The notes under the pieces: model-generated
Database searches by the model: none
Seen by the model: the letters and a program-made list of their open reading frames with translations, nothing else
What the model was told of the DNA's origin: nothing
Position numbers and translations under genes: made by a program
In this document: positions 1 through 8,777 of the stretch, in pieces
Position numbering within the stretch: position 1 is the stretch's first letter
Layout of the letters: every line of letters starts with the position of its first letter
NCBI GenBank assembly: GCA_045645905.1
Contig: JAZRJT010000016.1
Span: 784-64,783 of the forward strand
DNA from: Clostridia bacterium
GTDB taxonomy: Bacteria > Bacillota > Clostridia > Monoglobales > Monoglobaceae
DNA length: 64,000 bases
Direction: 5' to 3'

Positions 1-1400
1 GGAACAATGCTCCTCATAAATTTGCTGCCGTCATCACGGCATACAGGATTTTCGGCATCAAGTGTACATCCAAACAATTCTGATACATCACCGCCGTTAA
101 GAAGGCTGATAGAACCATCACGCTGTACAGATGTGTTAAGGTGAGCAGCTGTCATAAACAATCTGCCACCCTGCTTAACATAGGCTGTTAAATTATCATA
201 AATCTCCTGAGTCATTGTGTTCCAACCAACAAATATAAGATAGTCATACTTTGCAAAGACATCTGCACCAACTGTAGCCGGAATAATGTCATAAAGACCA
301 TAACCGGGAGCCGCAGAAAGGTCAACCTCGCCATAGTTGTGTACATCGCACCAACGACGCTTGCACTGAAGATTTTCGAGTATTCGCCAAGCAAATTCAG
401 CAGGACCATAGCCGTATTCTTTTTGCTGATGTGCTCTCCAGAGTGAGCCGCCACTGTGACGGAAGCTCCATCCGTCAAGATTACCACGTACAAAAGCAAC
501 TCTTACCTTGGGACCGCCCGCAGGGCGAAAATCATCCTTTGCAAACTTTGCAAAATCTGCCATAACATTGCGGTAGTTCTGACAAACAGGGTGGTCATAC
601 TCAAAGCGTTTAACTGTATTTTGGTCAGCGCAGACAGCCAAATGTGAGCCTGCCCTCTCGTCACCGCTTTCGGTTACAAAATAGTTTCCGCCTGTGAGAT
701 AAGCATAGTCATATCCCATTTTAAAGCGTTTTTCTTTAAGGGTATCATACCTGAGACCGCCGTACCATTCGTGAGCCATATATGCACCCCAGCCCTTACA
801 GTTGTAAGCATTCGCTGTACCACGGGCAATGGCTGTGGTAATTTCAACATCACCGGGCCAGATTTCCATTCGGGGGAAGGTTGTTCCTGCCTCACAGTTG
901 TAAGCTACCATAGAGGTTGATTCATTAACCGATGTATCAAGAACGCCACCCATAGCATTATCCTCAGCGCCCTCTTTTAAACGTCCAATATATATATCCT
1001 TTGCTTCCTGCAAATCCTTGTACACTATATCAAAGGGAGGTCTGTAGCCCGATGGCTTGCAGGAATATGTAGAACCCATTTCGCCCATTTCATAAGACAA
1101 GAAGTATTCCCCGGCAATTTCCTTCATCTTTTTTGCAGTTTCCTGAGTAAAGCCTGCGTGAGCCCTGTATTTACCGCCACCATTGAATGTAAAAAAAACC
1201 TTTTTGTCGGTAAGGAATTTTGCCCAGTCAATAAAATCCTGCTGGCTTAATTCAATTCCAGCCTTACCTGCTACTCCTGTAGAAATCATAACATAGTTCA
1301 TATCCTCAGAATACTTCTGTTCAAACTGCTCATAAAATTCCTTATCGCTAATACTGTATTCTCCAATACGAAATCCGTTTAAAACTAAATCTCTTTCCAT
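1..1400 (-). CDS. hypothetical protein, partial (466+ aa; C-terminus outside window); possibly glycoside-hydrolase-like, family not recognised
   Basis: My own translation gives ATG at 1400..1398, preceded by AAGGAG (1408..1413), and the frame stays open to position 1 (MERDLVLNGFRIGEYSISDKEF...KYDYLIFVGWNTMTQEIYDNLTAYVKQGGRLFMTAAHL). It is absent from the ORF track because its stop lies outside the window. It starts 17 nt after the iorB stop, so it is probably co-transcribed. Confidence 0.6.
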   Translation of the reverse strand, partial: MERDLVLNGFRIGEYSISDKEFYEQFEQKYSEDMNYVMISTGVAGKAGIELSQQDFIDWAKFLTDKKVFFTFNGGGKYRAHAGFTQETAKKMKEIAGEYFLSYEMGEMGSTYSCKPSGYRPPFDIVYKDLQEAKDIYIGRLKEGAEDNAMGGVLDTSVNESTSMVAYNCEAGTTFPRMEIWPGDVEITTAIARGTANAYNCKGWGAYMAHEWYGGLRYDTLKEKRFKMGYDYAYLTGGNYFVTESGDERAGSHLAVCADQNTVKRFEYDHPVCQNYRNVMADFAKFAKDDFRPAGGPKVRVAFVRGNLDGWSFRHSGGSLWRAHQQKEYGYGPAEFAWRILENLQCKRRWCDVHNYGEVDLSAAPGYGLYDIIPATVGADVFAKYDYLIFVGWNTMTQEIYDNLTAYVKQGGRLFMTAAHLNTSVQRDGSISLLNGGDVSELFGCTLDAENPVCRDDGSKFMRSIV

Positions 1401-1417
1401 TTTAATGCTCCTTATTA

Positions 1418-1987
1418 TTATTTTAGATTATATCCAAGTTCAAAAGCTTTAAGATTTACCTCAAGAAATTTTTCGGGCACTGTTGTCTTTATGGTTTCAA
1501 TCCAGTTTTCATATGGTATATCAGTTGTTTTTGCCATAACACCAATGAGAACGACATTAACAGCCTTTATATTGCCCGCAGTCCTTGCAAGAGCTAATGC
1601 GTCAACAACGGTTGTATCACATACTGCAGCAATCTTTTCGGCAATATTTTCAGGATATGCTGCCGCACCTGTGATAACAGGCATAGGGTCAATCTGCTGA
1701 TTATTAATAATAATCTTTCCGCCTTCCTTCAAATATGGAAGAGCACGATATGCCTCCAGAAGTTCAAAGGCTAAAATAACGTCAGCCTCACCACGGTCAA
1801 CAATGGGAGAATGTACCTTATCGCCGTATTTTACATAGGTCACAACGCTGCCGCCACGCTGGCTCATACCGTGAACCTCTGAAACCTTAACATCATAGCC
1901 TTCGTTTATAACTGTGTTACCCAAAATTCTGCTCGCAAGGAGTGTTCCCTGACCGCCAACACCAACAATCATTATGTTCTTAGTCAT
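1418..1987 (-). CDS. iorB: indolepyruvate:ferredoxin oxidoreductase, beta subunit
   Basis: The ORF spans 1418..2029. The likely start is MTKNIMIVGVGGQGTLLASRILG at 1987 (GxGGQG of the 2-oxoacid:ferredoxin oxidoreductase gamma-type domain), directly after the iorA TGA (TGATATG junction). Confidence 0.85.
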   Translation of the reverse strand: MTKNIMIVGVGGQGTLLASRILGNTVINEGYDVKVSEVHGMSQRGGSVVTYVKYGDKVHSPIVDRGEADVILAFELLEAYRALPYLKEGGKIIINNQQIDPMPVITGAAAYPENIAEKIAAVCDTTVVDALALARTAGNIKAVNVVLIGVMAKTTDIPYENWIETIKTTVPEKFLEVNLKAFELGYNLK

Positions 1988-1988
1988 A

Positions 1989-3725
1989 TCAATTTTCCTC
2001 CTTTTCAATAGCCCCAAACGGACAAACATTTATACAAAGTCCACAGCCGTTGCACTGTGTTGCATCAATCACAACCTTGCCATCCTTCAGTGTAATTGCC
2101 GGACATCCAAGTTTCATACACATTTTGCAGTTTTTGCACTTGTCTGTAATCTTGCAGGTTCCTGAATACTTAACTGTTTTAAGCAGTGCGCAGGGTCTTT
2201 GTGCAATAATAACCGATGGTTCATCAGCATTAACCTCTGCCTTGACAACCTCCTCAAATTTCTTGATGTCAAATGGGTCAGCAACTGTTACTCTGTCAAT
2301 TCCAACAGCCTTGCAAAGTGCAAACAAGTCAACCTGTTTTGTTGCCTCGCCACGGATTGTTCTGCCCGTTGTGGGATTTTCCTGATGGCCGGTCATACCG
2401 GTTATTGAGTTGTCAAGAATTATAACCGTGTTATTACCCTTGTTATATACAATATCAACAAGTCCCGTTATACCCGAATGCATAAATGTTGAATCACCGA
2501 TAACAGACACAAGTTTCTTATTGAATTCAGCACCCTGAGCCTTTGCCATACCATGAGCCGCACTTACCGACGCACCCATACAGATAGTTGTGTCAACCGA
2601 CTGCAGGGGCGGTGTTGCACCAAGGGTATAACAGCCGATATCTCCCGATACAACAAGACCAAGCTTTTTGAGCACATAAAATGTTCCTCTGTGCGGACAG
2701 CCTGCACACATTACAGGAGGTCTTACGGGAATAGCTTCATCTGCAGAAAGGACATCAGGTGCATCCTCACCAAGAACTGCCTTCTTTATCATTGTGGGTG
2801 TATATTCACCCAAAAGTGTGAACAGTTCTTTTCCACACACATCAAGACCCAATGCTTTGCAATGGTCTTCAATAACAGGGTCAAGCTCTTCAATAACATA
2901 AACCTTGTCATAGTTCTTTGCAAAATCAATAATCTTTTGCTTTGGCATAGGGTAAACCATACCCAGCTTCAGGAAGTCTGCCGATGCACCAAGGGCTTCC
3001 TTTGCGTATTCATAAGCAATACCTGCTGTAATAACACCGATTTTTGCGCCGTTTTTCTCAACTGTGTTGAGTTCTGTGGATTCGGCAAACTCAACTAATT
3101 CTTTAATTCTGTTTTCTACATCTACGTGACGCTTGATAGCATTGCCCGGCATCATAACATACTTTGCAGGGTTCTTTTCGTATGCCTTCACCGGAACATC
3201 TGCTCTTTCACCAAGTTCAACAAGGCTCTGCGAGTGTGAAACTCTGGTTGAAAGCCTTATAAATACGGGTGTATCAAACTTTTCGGACAATTCAAATGCC
3301 TGACGAGTGTATTCCTTACATTCCGAGGAATCTGCAGGCTCAAGCATCATAATCTTTGATGCCTTTGCATAATGTCTTGAATCCTGCTCGTTTTGTGAAG
3401 AATGCATTCCGGGGTCGTCTGCAACGCAGAATACCAGACCGCCGTTTACACCTGTATAGCTAACTGTAAAAATCGGGTCAGCCATAACGTTAAGACCAAC
3501 GTGCTTCATACAGCTCATTGCTCTTGCACCTGCAATGGATGCACCGATTGCAACCTCGCCTGCAACCTTTTCGTTGGGTGACCATTCTGCATAAATTTCT
3601 TCAAATTTTACAATTTCTTCGGTTATTTCTGTACTGGGTGTTCCGGGATATGATGCAACAACATTTACGCCTGCTTCATATGCACCACGAGCTACCGCAG
3701 CATTACCAAGCAATAACTTTTTCAT
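1989..3725 (-). CDS. iorA: indolepyruvate:ferredoxin oxidoreductase, alpha subunit (TPP and 2x[4Fe-4S])
   Basis: 578 aa. It has a TPP-enzyme N-terminus (LLGNAAVARGAYEAGV), a GDSTFMHSG TPP motif, and two C-terminal ferredoxin-type cysteine clusters (CKNCKMCMKLGCP, CNGCGLCINVCP). It is paired with iorB. Confidence 0.9.
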   Translation of the reverse strand: MKKLLLGNAAVARGAYEAGVNVVASYPGTPSTEITEEIVKFEEIYAEWSPNEKVAGEVAIGASIAGARAMSCMKHVGLNVMADPIFTVSYTGVNGGLVFCVADDPGMHSSQNEQDSRHYAKASKIMMLEPADSSECKEYTRQAFELSEKFDTPVFIRLSTRVSHSQSLVELGERADVPVKAYEKNPAKYVMMPGNAIKRHVDVENRIKELVEFAESTELNTVEKNGAKIGVITAGIAYEYAKEALGASADFLKLGMVYPMPKQKIIDFAKNYDKVYVIEELDPVIEDHCKALGLDVCGKELFTLLGEYTPTMIKKAVLGEDAPDVLSADEAIPVRPPVMCAGCPHRGTFYVLKKLGLVVSGDIGCYTLGATPPLQSVDTTICMGASVSAAHGMAKAQGAEFNKKLVSVIGDSTFMHSGITGLVDIVYNKGNNTVIILDNSITGMTGHQENPTTGRTIRGEATKQVDLFALCKAVGIDRVTVADPFDIKKFEEVVKAEVNADEPSVIIAQRPCALLKTVKYSGTCKITDKCKNCKMCMKLGCPAITLKDGKVVIDATQCNGCGLCINVCPFGAIEKEEN

Positions 3726-3748
3726 TTTATGTAGTTTCCTTTCGCAAA

Positions 3749-5386
3749 TTATTTTATTTCATTCTGCTGTGCAACAACACTTTCACCGCAGTAAATTTGT
3801 CTGAGCTTTGGTTTTTCAATCTTTCCTGTTGGATTTCTGGGAACGTCAGCAAAAATAATTTTGTGGGGTCTTTTGTATCTGGGAAGGTCAAGACAAAAAT
3901 CATTGATTTCCTCCTCTGTTGCCTCCATTCCTTCTTTAATCTGGATAATTGCAGCTGAAATCTCGCCGAGACGGCTGTCGGGAAGTCCGATAACGGCAAC
4001 GTCGCTGATTTTATCGTTCTTTCTTAAGAAGTCCTCAATCTGTACGGGGTAAATATTTTCACCGCCCGAAATGATAACGTCCTTCTTACGGTCTACAAGG
4101 AAGATAAATCCGTCTTCGTCCTCTCTTGCCATATCACCCGTAAACAGCCAATCATCCTTTAAGACATCATTGGTAGCTTTTTCATCCTTATAATACGCTG
4201 TCATCACACCGGGACCTTTAACTGCAAGCTCGCCAACATCGCCACGTTCAACGGTGCTTCCGTTTTCGTCAACAATTTTTACTTCCCAGCCAAAGCCGGC
4301 TTTTCCGATTGCGCCAACCTTATGCTCGTTTTCAACGCCAAGATGTACACAGCCCGGGCCGATAGACTCTGACAAGCCATAGTTGGTATCATATGAGTGG
4401 TCGGGGAAGTACTTTTTCCAACGCTTTATCAAGCTCGGGGGGACAGGTTGTGCACCTATGTGCATAAGTCTCCACTGTGAAAGCTGATAATCCTCCAATT
4501 TGATATCTCCACGTTCAATTGCATCAAGGATATCCTGTGCCCAGGGTACAAGCAGCCATACGATTGAACACTTTTCTTCGGAAACGGCTTTCAAAATCCA
4601 TTCGGGCTTGATACCTTTAAGGATAACCGCTTTACCGCCCACTAGGAAGCTTCCAAACCAGTGCATTTTTGCACCTGTATGATAAAGGGGCGGTATGCAA
4701 AGGAATACATCATCCTTTGTCTGCGAATGGTGATTCTGCTCGGTCATACAAGCGTGAACAAGACTTCTGTGTTTATGTATAATTGCTTTGGGAAAACCGG
4801 TTGTCCCTGATGAAAAATAAATTGCACCCTCATCATCATCACTCAGCTTAATCTGAGGATTTTTAGACGATGCATATGCCATAAGATTGTCATAGCTTTC
4901 GGCAAATGTGGGGCAGTCTTCGCCATGATAAAGCCACATCTTCACCCGTTTAACACGAGAGCAAATCTGTTCAACTCGACCGGTAAATTCAGGTCCGAAT
5001 ATAAGCACATCGGCATCAGCAAGTTCAAGACAATATTTTATTTCGTCAGATGCATAACGATAATTAAGCGGAACAGCCAATGCACCCGTCTTGAGTGCAC
5101 CAAAATAAATTGGCAGCCATTCGATGCAGTTCATCAGCAGAATTGCAACCTTATCGCCCTTTTTAATTCCTCTTGACAAAAGAAAATTTGCAAATCGATT
5201 CGCACGTTTGTTAAACTCACTCCACGTAATTTCCTTTCGGTATGCTTCATTGGGGTTTGCCTCAATAAGCGAATATTCACGCCAGGTCAACCTTGATTGC
5301 TTTTCGTGAGTTGGATTAATCTCAACCAAACTCACATCGTTGGGATAAAAATCCGCATTCTTTTGTAAAATTTCTGTAATCGGCAT
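3749..5386 (-). CDS. AMP-forming acyl-CoA synthetase/ligase (class I adenylate-forming enzyme), substrate unknown
   Basis: 545 aa. Motifs include the AMP-binding motif SSGTTGFPKA, YHTG, GELAVKGPGVM, and the C-terminal PRNPTGKIEK lysine motif. RBS AAAGGAGAAAG lies upstream. Confidence 0.88.
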   Translation of the reverse strand: MPITEILQKNADFYPNDVSLVEINPTHEKQSRLTWREYSLIEANPNEAYRKEITWSEFNKRANRFANFLLSRGIKKGDKVAILLMNCIEWLPIYFGALKTGALAVPLNYRYASDEIKYCLELADADVLIFGPEFTGRVEQICSRVKRVKMWLYHGEDCPTFAESYDNLMAYASSKNPQIKLSDDDEGAIYFSSGTTGFPKAIIHKHRSLVHACMTEQNHHSQTKDDVFLCIPPLYHTGAKMHWFGSFLVGGKAVILKGIKPEWILKAVSEEKCSIVWLLVPWAQDILDAIERGDIKLEDYQLSQWRLMHIGAQPVPPSLIKRWKKYFPDHSYDTNYGLSESIGPGCVHLGVENEHKVGAIGKAGFGWEVKIVDENGSTVERGDVGELAVKGPGVMTAYYKDEKATNDVLKDDWLFTGDMAREDEDGFIFLVDRKKDVIISGGENIYPVQIEDFLRKNDKISDVAVIGLPDSRLGEISAAIIQIKEGMEATEEEINDFCLDLPRYKRPHKIIFADVPRNPTGKIEKPKLRQIYCGESVVAQQNEIK

Positions 5387-5401
5387 TTTCTTTCTCCTTT
5401 T

Positions 5402-5446
5402 AAAAACGACAGAAAGGCTGTCTGTAAAAACAGACAGTCCTTCTGT
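5402..5446 (-). terminator. intrinsic terminator or attenuating hairpin between the symporter and ligase genes
   Basis: On the minus strand: ACAGAAGGACTGTCTG-TTTTTA-CAGACAGCCTTTCTGT (14/16 bp), followed by CGTTTTT. It fills most of the 74-nt gap, and I see no separate promoter for the ligase. Confidence 0.6.
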
Positions 5447-5460
5447 ATAAAATTCATTTA

Positions 5461-7005
5461 TTAATCGCCCAAAGATTTTTTTGCAAGGACAACTACTTCT
5501 TTATTATAACAAGTAAACATTTCTTCTGTCAATGCTTTATCTGGTTTTTTAGTAATTATGCTGACAATCGGAACAATAACCAAACTGCCCAGCATTGCAA
5601 CAACACCACAGTTTATAGGTGACTGCAAAATTACAGGGAATGAACCTCGCATAAACATATTAAGCATCATTATACCTGTACCGAAAATGAAGCTTGCCCA
5701 TACTGCAGCTTTAGTTGTCTTTTTCCAGTATAGTCCGTACATAAACGGAGCAAGAAATGCACCCGCCAATGCTCCCCATGAAATACCCATCATATCAGCA
5801 ATTGCACTGAGCTTATCTTTGTTTAATGCTATGTATGCGGAAACCGCAATAAATACAACTATCAGTATTCTCATAATAAGAATCTGCTTTTTTTCAGACA
5901 TCTGCTTTATAACGTGACCCTTTAAAAGATCAAGTGTGAGGGTTGAGCTTGAAGTCAGAACAAGTGATGACAGAGTTGACATTGATGCTGACAGTACCAG
6001 TACGATAACCACCGCAATCAGTATATCAGGAAGACCCGAAAGCATTGTGGGAACTATGGCATCAAAGCCACCTGCGATTGAACCATCGGGAAGGAATGTA
6101 AGCTTATCTGTAAACAATCTGCCGAAGCCACCAAGGAAATAACATCCTCCGGCAACAATAACAGCAAACACAGTTGAAATAATTGTACCCTTGGTTATAT
6201 CCTTCTCGCTCTTTATAGCATAGAACTTCTGCACCATCTGCGGAAGACCCCAGGTTCCCAAGGATGTGAGAATTACCACAGACAAAAGTCCCAATGGGTC
6301 GGGACCAAAGAACGAATTAAATGCACCGGGAGCATTTCCTTCTATGCTGACCTCAGCTAAACCGTTAAGAGCTTCAACAAATCCGCCGTTTTGTGTAAGC
6401 ACAGCCGCAATTACGGCTATAATGCCCACAATCATAATAATACCCTGAATAAAGTCGTTAATTGCGGTTGCCATATATCCACCGGCAATAACATAAATTC
6501 CGGTAAGAATTGCCATTACAATTACACACACAGAATAGCTTACACCAGGAAAAGCCATTTCAAAGAGTCTTGAAAGGCCATTGTACAACGACGCTGTGTA
6601 TGGAATAAGAAACACAAAAACAATTGCAGATGCCGCAATCTTAAGAGCAGGGCTGCTGTATCTTTTGCCAAAGAACTCAGGCATAGTTGAACTTTCGAGA
6701 TGCTGACTCATAAGCCTTGTTCTGCGTCCCAGAACCATCCACGCAAGAAGCGAACCAAGAACTGCGTTGCCTATACCAATCCAGGTTGAAGCAATACCAA
6801 ACTTCCAACCGAACTGTCCTGCATAACCTACAAAAATAACCGCTGAGAAATAGGATGTTCCGTATGCAAAAGCCGTAAGCCACGGACCAACCGTTCTTCC
6901 GCCAAGAACAAAACCTCTGACATCTGTTGAGTGTTTTCTGCAATAAAGCCCTACTGCAATCATCGCTGCAAAGAAAATCACCAACATACCAATTTTAATA
7001 CCCAT
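5461..7005 (-). CDS. sodium:solute symporter family (SSF) transporter, substrate unknown (T-box context suggests an amino acid)
   Basis: 514 aa and highly hydrophobic, with about 13 predicted TM segments. The N-terminal region is SSF-like (GGRTVGPWLTAFAYGTSYFSAVIFVGYAG). A T-box leader lies immediately upstream. Confidence 0.85.
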   Translation of the reverse strand: MGIKIGMLVIFFAAMIAVGLYCRKHSTDVRGFVLGGRTVGPWLTAFAYGTSYFSAVIFVGYAGQFGWKFGIASTWIGIGNAVLGSLLAWMVLGRRTRLMSQHLESSTMPEFFGKRYSSPALKIAASAIVFVFLIPYTASLYNGLSRLFEMAFPGVSYSVCVIVMAILTGIYVIAGGYMATAINDFIQGIIMIVGIIAVIAAVLTQNGGFVEALNGLAEVSIEGNAPGAFNSFFGPDPLGLLSVVILTSLGTWGLPQMVQKFYAIKSEKDITKGTIISTVFAVIVAGGCYFLGGFGRLFTDKLTFLPDGSIAGGFDAIVPTMLSGLPDILIAVVIVLVLSASMSTLSSLVLTSSSTLTLDLLKGHVIKQMSEKKQILIMRILIVVFIAVSAYIALNKDKLSAIADMMGISWGALAGAFLAPFMYGLYWKKTTKAAVWASFIFGTGIMMLNMFMRGSFPVILQSPINCGVVAMLGSLVIVPIVSIITKKPDKALTEEMFTCYNKEVVVLAKKSLGD

Positions 7006-7032
7006 AAAAAATCACCCTTTCTTTTTTAGGGC

Positions 7033-7314
7033 AAAATAAAAACTCGCCCTACAGATTTTGTCTGAGGACGAGAAATTCCCGTGGTACCACCTCAATTCGC
7101 CAAAGCCTTACAGCAATGACCTTATCGGGTATCAACAAATACCCTTGTTCTATAACGGGAACACCCGTTGCAGCCTACTTGTTTCCTTTCGGTGCACTGC
7201 TCGCAGAAGGTATTCAAGCATGCCTTTGTCATTGCCTTGCACCAACCGGCAACTCTCTAAAGACTCCAACAAGCCCTACTTGTTTCTGCTCAAACGCATT
7301 TATTTTTATGAGAT
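7033..7314 (-). promoter_or_regulatory. T-box leader (tRNA-sensing transcription attenuator); candidate specifier UAC (Tyr) at 7210..7212
   Basis: The reverse complement shows the following elements in canonical order:
- K-turn halves GCGTTTGA / CGAGCA
- S-turn AGTA
- AGAGAG bulge
- distal loop GGTTGGTGCAA
- specifier loop GAA-TAC-C next to the lower stem TTCTGC
- F-box CCGTTA
- T-box AATTGAGGTGGTACCACGG (7079..7097)
- terminator CTCGTCCT...AGGGCGAG plus TTTTTATTTT (7033..7072). Confidence 0.85.
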
Positions 7315-7320
7315 GCTTGT

Positions 7321-7349
7321 ATTCTATCACACTAAAGCAATAAAGTCAA
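7321..7349 (-). promoter_or_regulatory. sigma-A type promoter for the T-box leader
   Basis: Minus strand: TTGACT, 17 nt, TAGAAT, with an upstream TGa (extended -10). Confidence 0.6.
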
Positions 7350-7354
7350 GTATT

Positions 7355-8473
7355 TTATCTATTTTTTTGAGACAATTTGCTATTTATGGTGTATGTTGGG
7401 GCCATCTTTGCAATTTCTAACTTAACAGTTTCTTCATTTTTATCAGCAACAGCCCTCAATCCTTCAATTTTTTGCATAAGTTCATCTGCATCAATATGTT
7501 CCGGCTTTGCAATAAAAATCTTTTTGTGCTGAGTTACAGTCAATCCTTCCTCATCCGTAAGAAGCTCCTCAAATTCCTTATCTCCCGGTCGGTGTCCGGT
7601 AAATTCTATCTTTATATCACGGCCTGCTTCAAGCCCCGCAAGTGCAATCATCCGCTTTGCCAAATCGAGAATTTTTACAGGCTGACCCATATCAAGAACA
7701 AAAATTTCTCCTCATTTAGCATATGCCGCCGCCTGAAGGACAAGCCGAGCCGCCTCAGCAACTGTCATAAAAAATCTTGTAACATCAGGGTGTGTAACAG
7801 TTACCGGCCCACCCTGTTTAATCTGTCTCTGAAATCTTAAAGCAACCGAGCCGCTTGACCCAAGAACATTGCCAAACCTTACTGCCGCAAATTCTGTGTT
7901 GGTGCTGTTTTGCAGAGCCGTCCCTATCATCTCGCATATACGTTTGCTTGCACCCATAACACTGGTGGGATTAACAGCCTTATCTGTAGAAATAAGAATA
8001 AATTTTTTTGCACCACAATTTACCGCACATTTTGCAGTATTCAGGGTGCCCAGTACATTGTTTTTCACAGCTTCACCGGGGCTTGTTTCCATTAGAGGAA
8101 CGTGTTTGTGTGCCGCCGCGTGAAAAACAATATCAGGACTGAATCTATCAAATATTATTTCAAGCCTTTTTTTGTCCCTTATTGATGCAACAATCGAAAC
8201 GACTGATTGCCCGGGAAATCTTTCTTCCAATTCATTTTCAAGCTGATACATTGTGTTTTCATATATATCAAGAAGAATTAACTTATTCGGCTTATAAACT
8301 GCAATTTGTCTGCAAAGTTCCGAACCTATTGTTCCGCCTGCACCAGTAACAAGAACAACCTTGCCGGCAATTTCATTATTAATCAATTCATTATCAAGAA
8401 CAACTTCTTCACGGTCAAGCAAAGCACCTATATTTAATTCATCACAATATTTGTCTTTTGTGGGTTTAGTCAC
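7355..8473 (-). pseudogene. CapD/PglF/WbpM-type polysaccharide-biosynthesis NDP-sugar 4,6-dehydratase remnant (lacks the N-terminal membrane domain; in-frame TGA at 7712..7714)
   Basis: ORFs 7712..8473 (LLDREEVVLD...VLVTGAGGTIGSE...RFGNVLGSSGSV...[31 protein letters not shown]) and 7355..7690 ([15 protein letters not shown]...) share one reading frame. The codons between them read [13 protein letters not shown], which continues the family motif [10 protein letters not shown]. The upstream AT-rich DNA encodes no TM domain. Confidence 0.75.
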
Positions 8474-8710
8474 ACTCAGTCACCTCATTATATTGATTTT
8501 AATTATTTTTATCTATTATAACACAACTTTTTCTATCTGAATATATCTTTATTTGGTTTTTTGTAGATTTTCTTAATTTGTGTAATTAATGCTTATGCAT
8601 ACCAAGATAAATGTGTATAATTTAAACGCCGGGCCAATATATTGTGTATAACTCCTAAATTTACCACTAAATTTTGTGCATTTATTTTTTCGACAATTTT
8701 CACAAAGTTA

Positions 8711-8739
8711 TTTACAAAGAATTTTTGATATGTTATACT
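8711..8739 (+). promoter_or_regulatory. sigma-A type promoter for the permease gene
   Basis: TTTACA (8711..8716), 17 nt, TATACT (8734..8739), about 38 nt upstream of the ATG. Confidence 0.55.
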
Positions 8740-8777
8740 CAAGAAGATAATAATATATTTCAAAGGAGAGATTCCCA

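Noticed and set aside
7712-7714. The in-frame TGA in the capD-like gene as selenocysteine, or as a reassigned (Gly or Trp) codon.
   Set aside because: Other genes in the window clearly terminate at TGA, including iorA (...EEN-TGA) and atpF (...GDEE-TGA). The position aligns to a Gly-rich motif, not to a redox Cys. The gene is also N-terminally truncated, which fits a pseudogene. I could not run a SECIS search.
8474-8777. A PyrR attenuator or riboswitch upstream of the uracil/xanthine-type permease.
   Set aside because: There is no PyrR binding-loop motif (ARUCCAGAGAGGYU) and no terminator/antiterminator pair. The region is AT-rich with one plausible promoter close to the gene.
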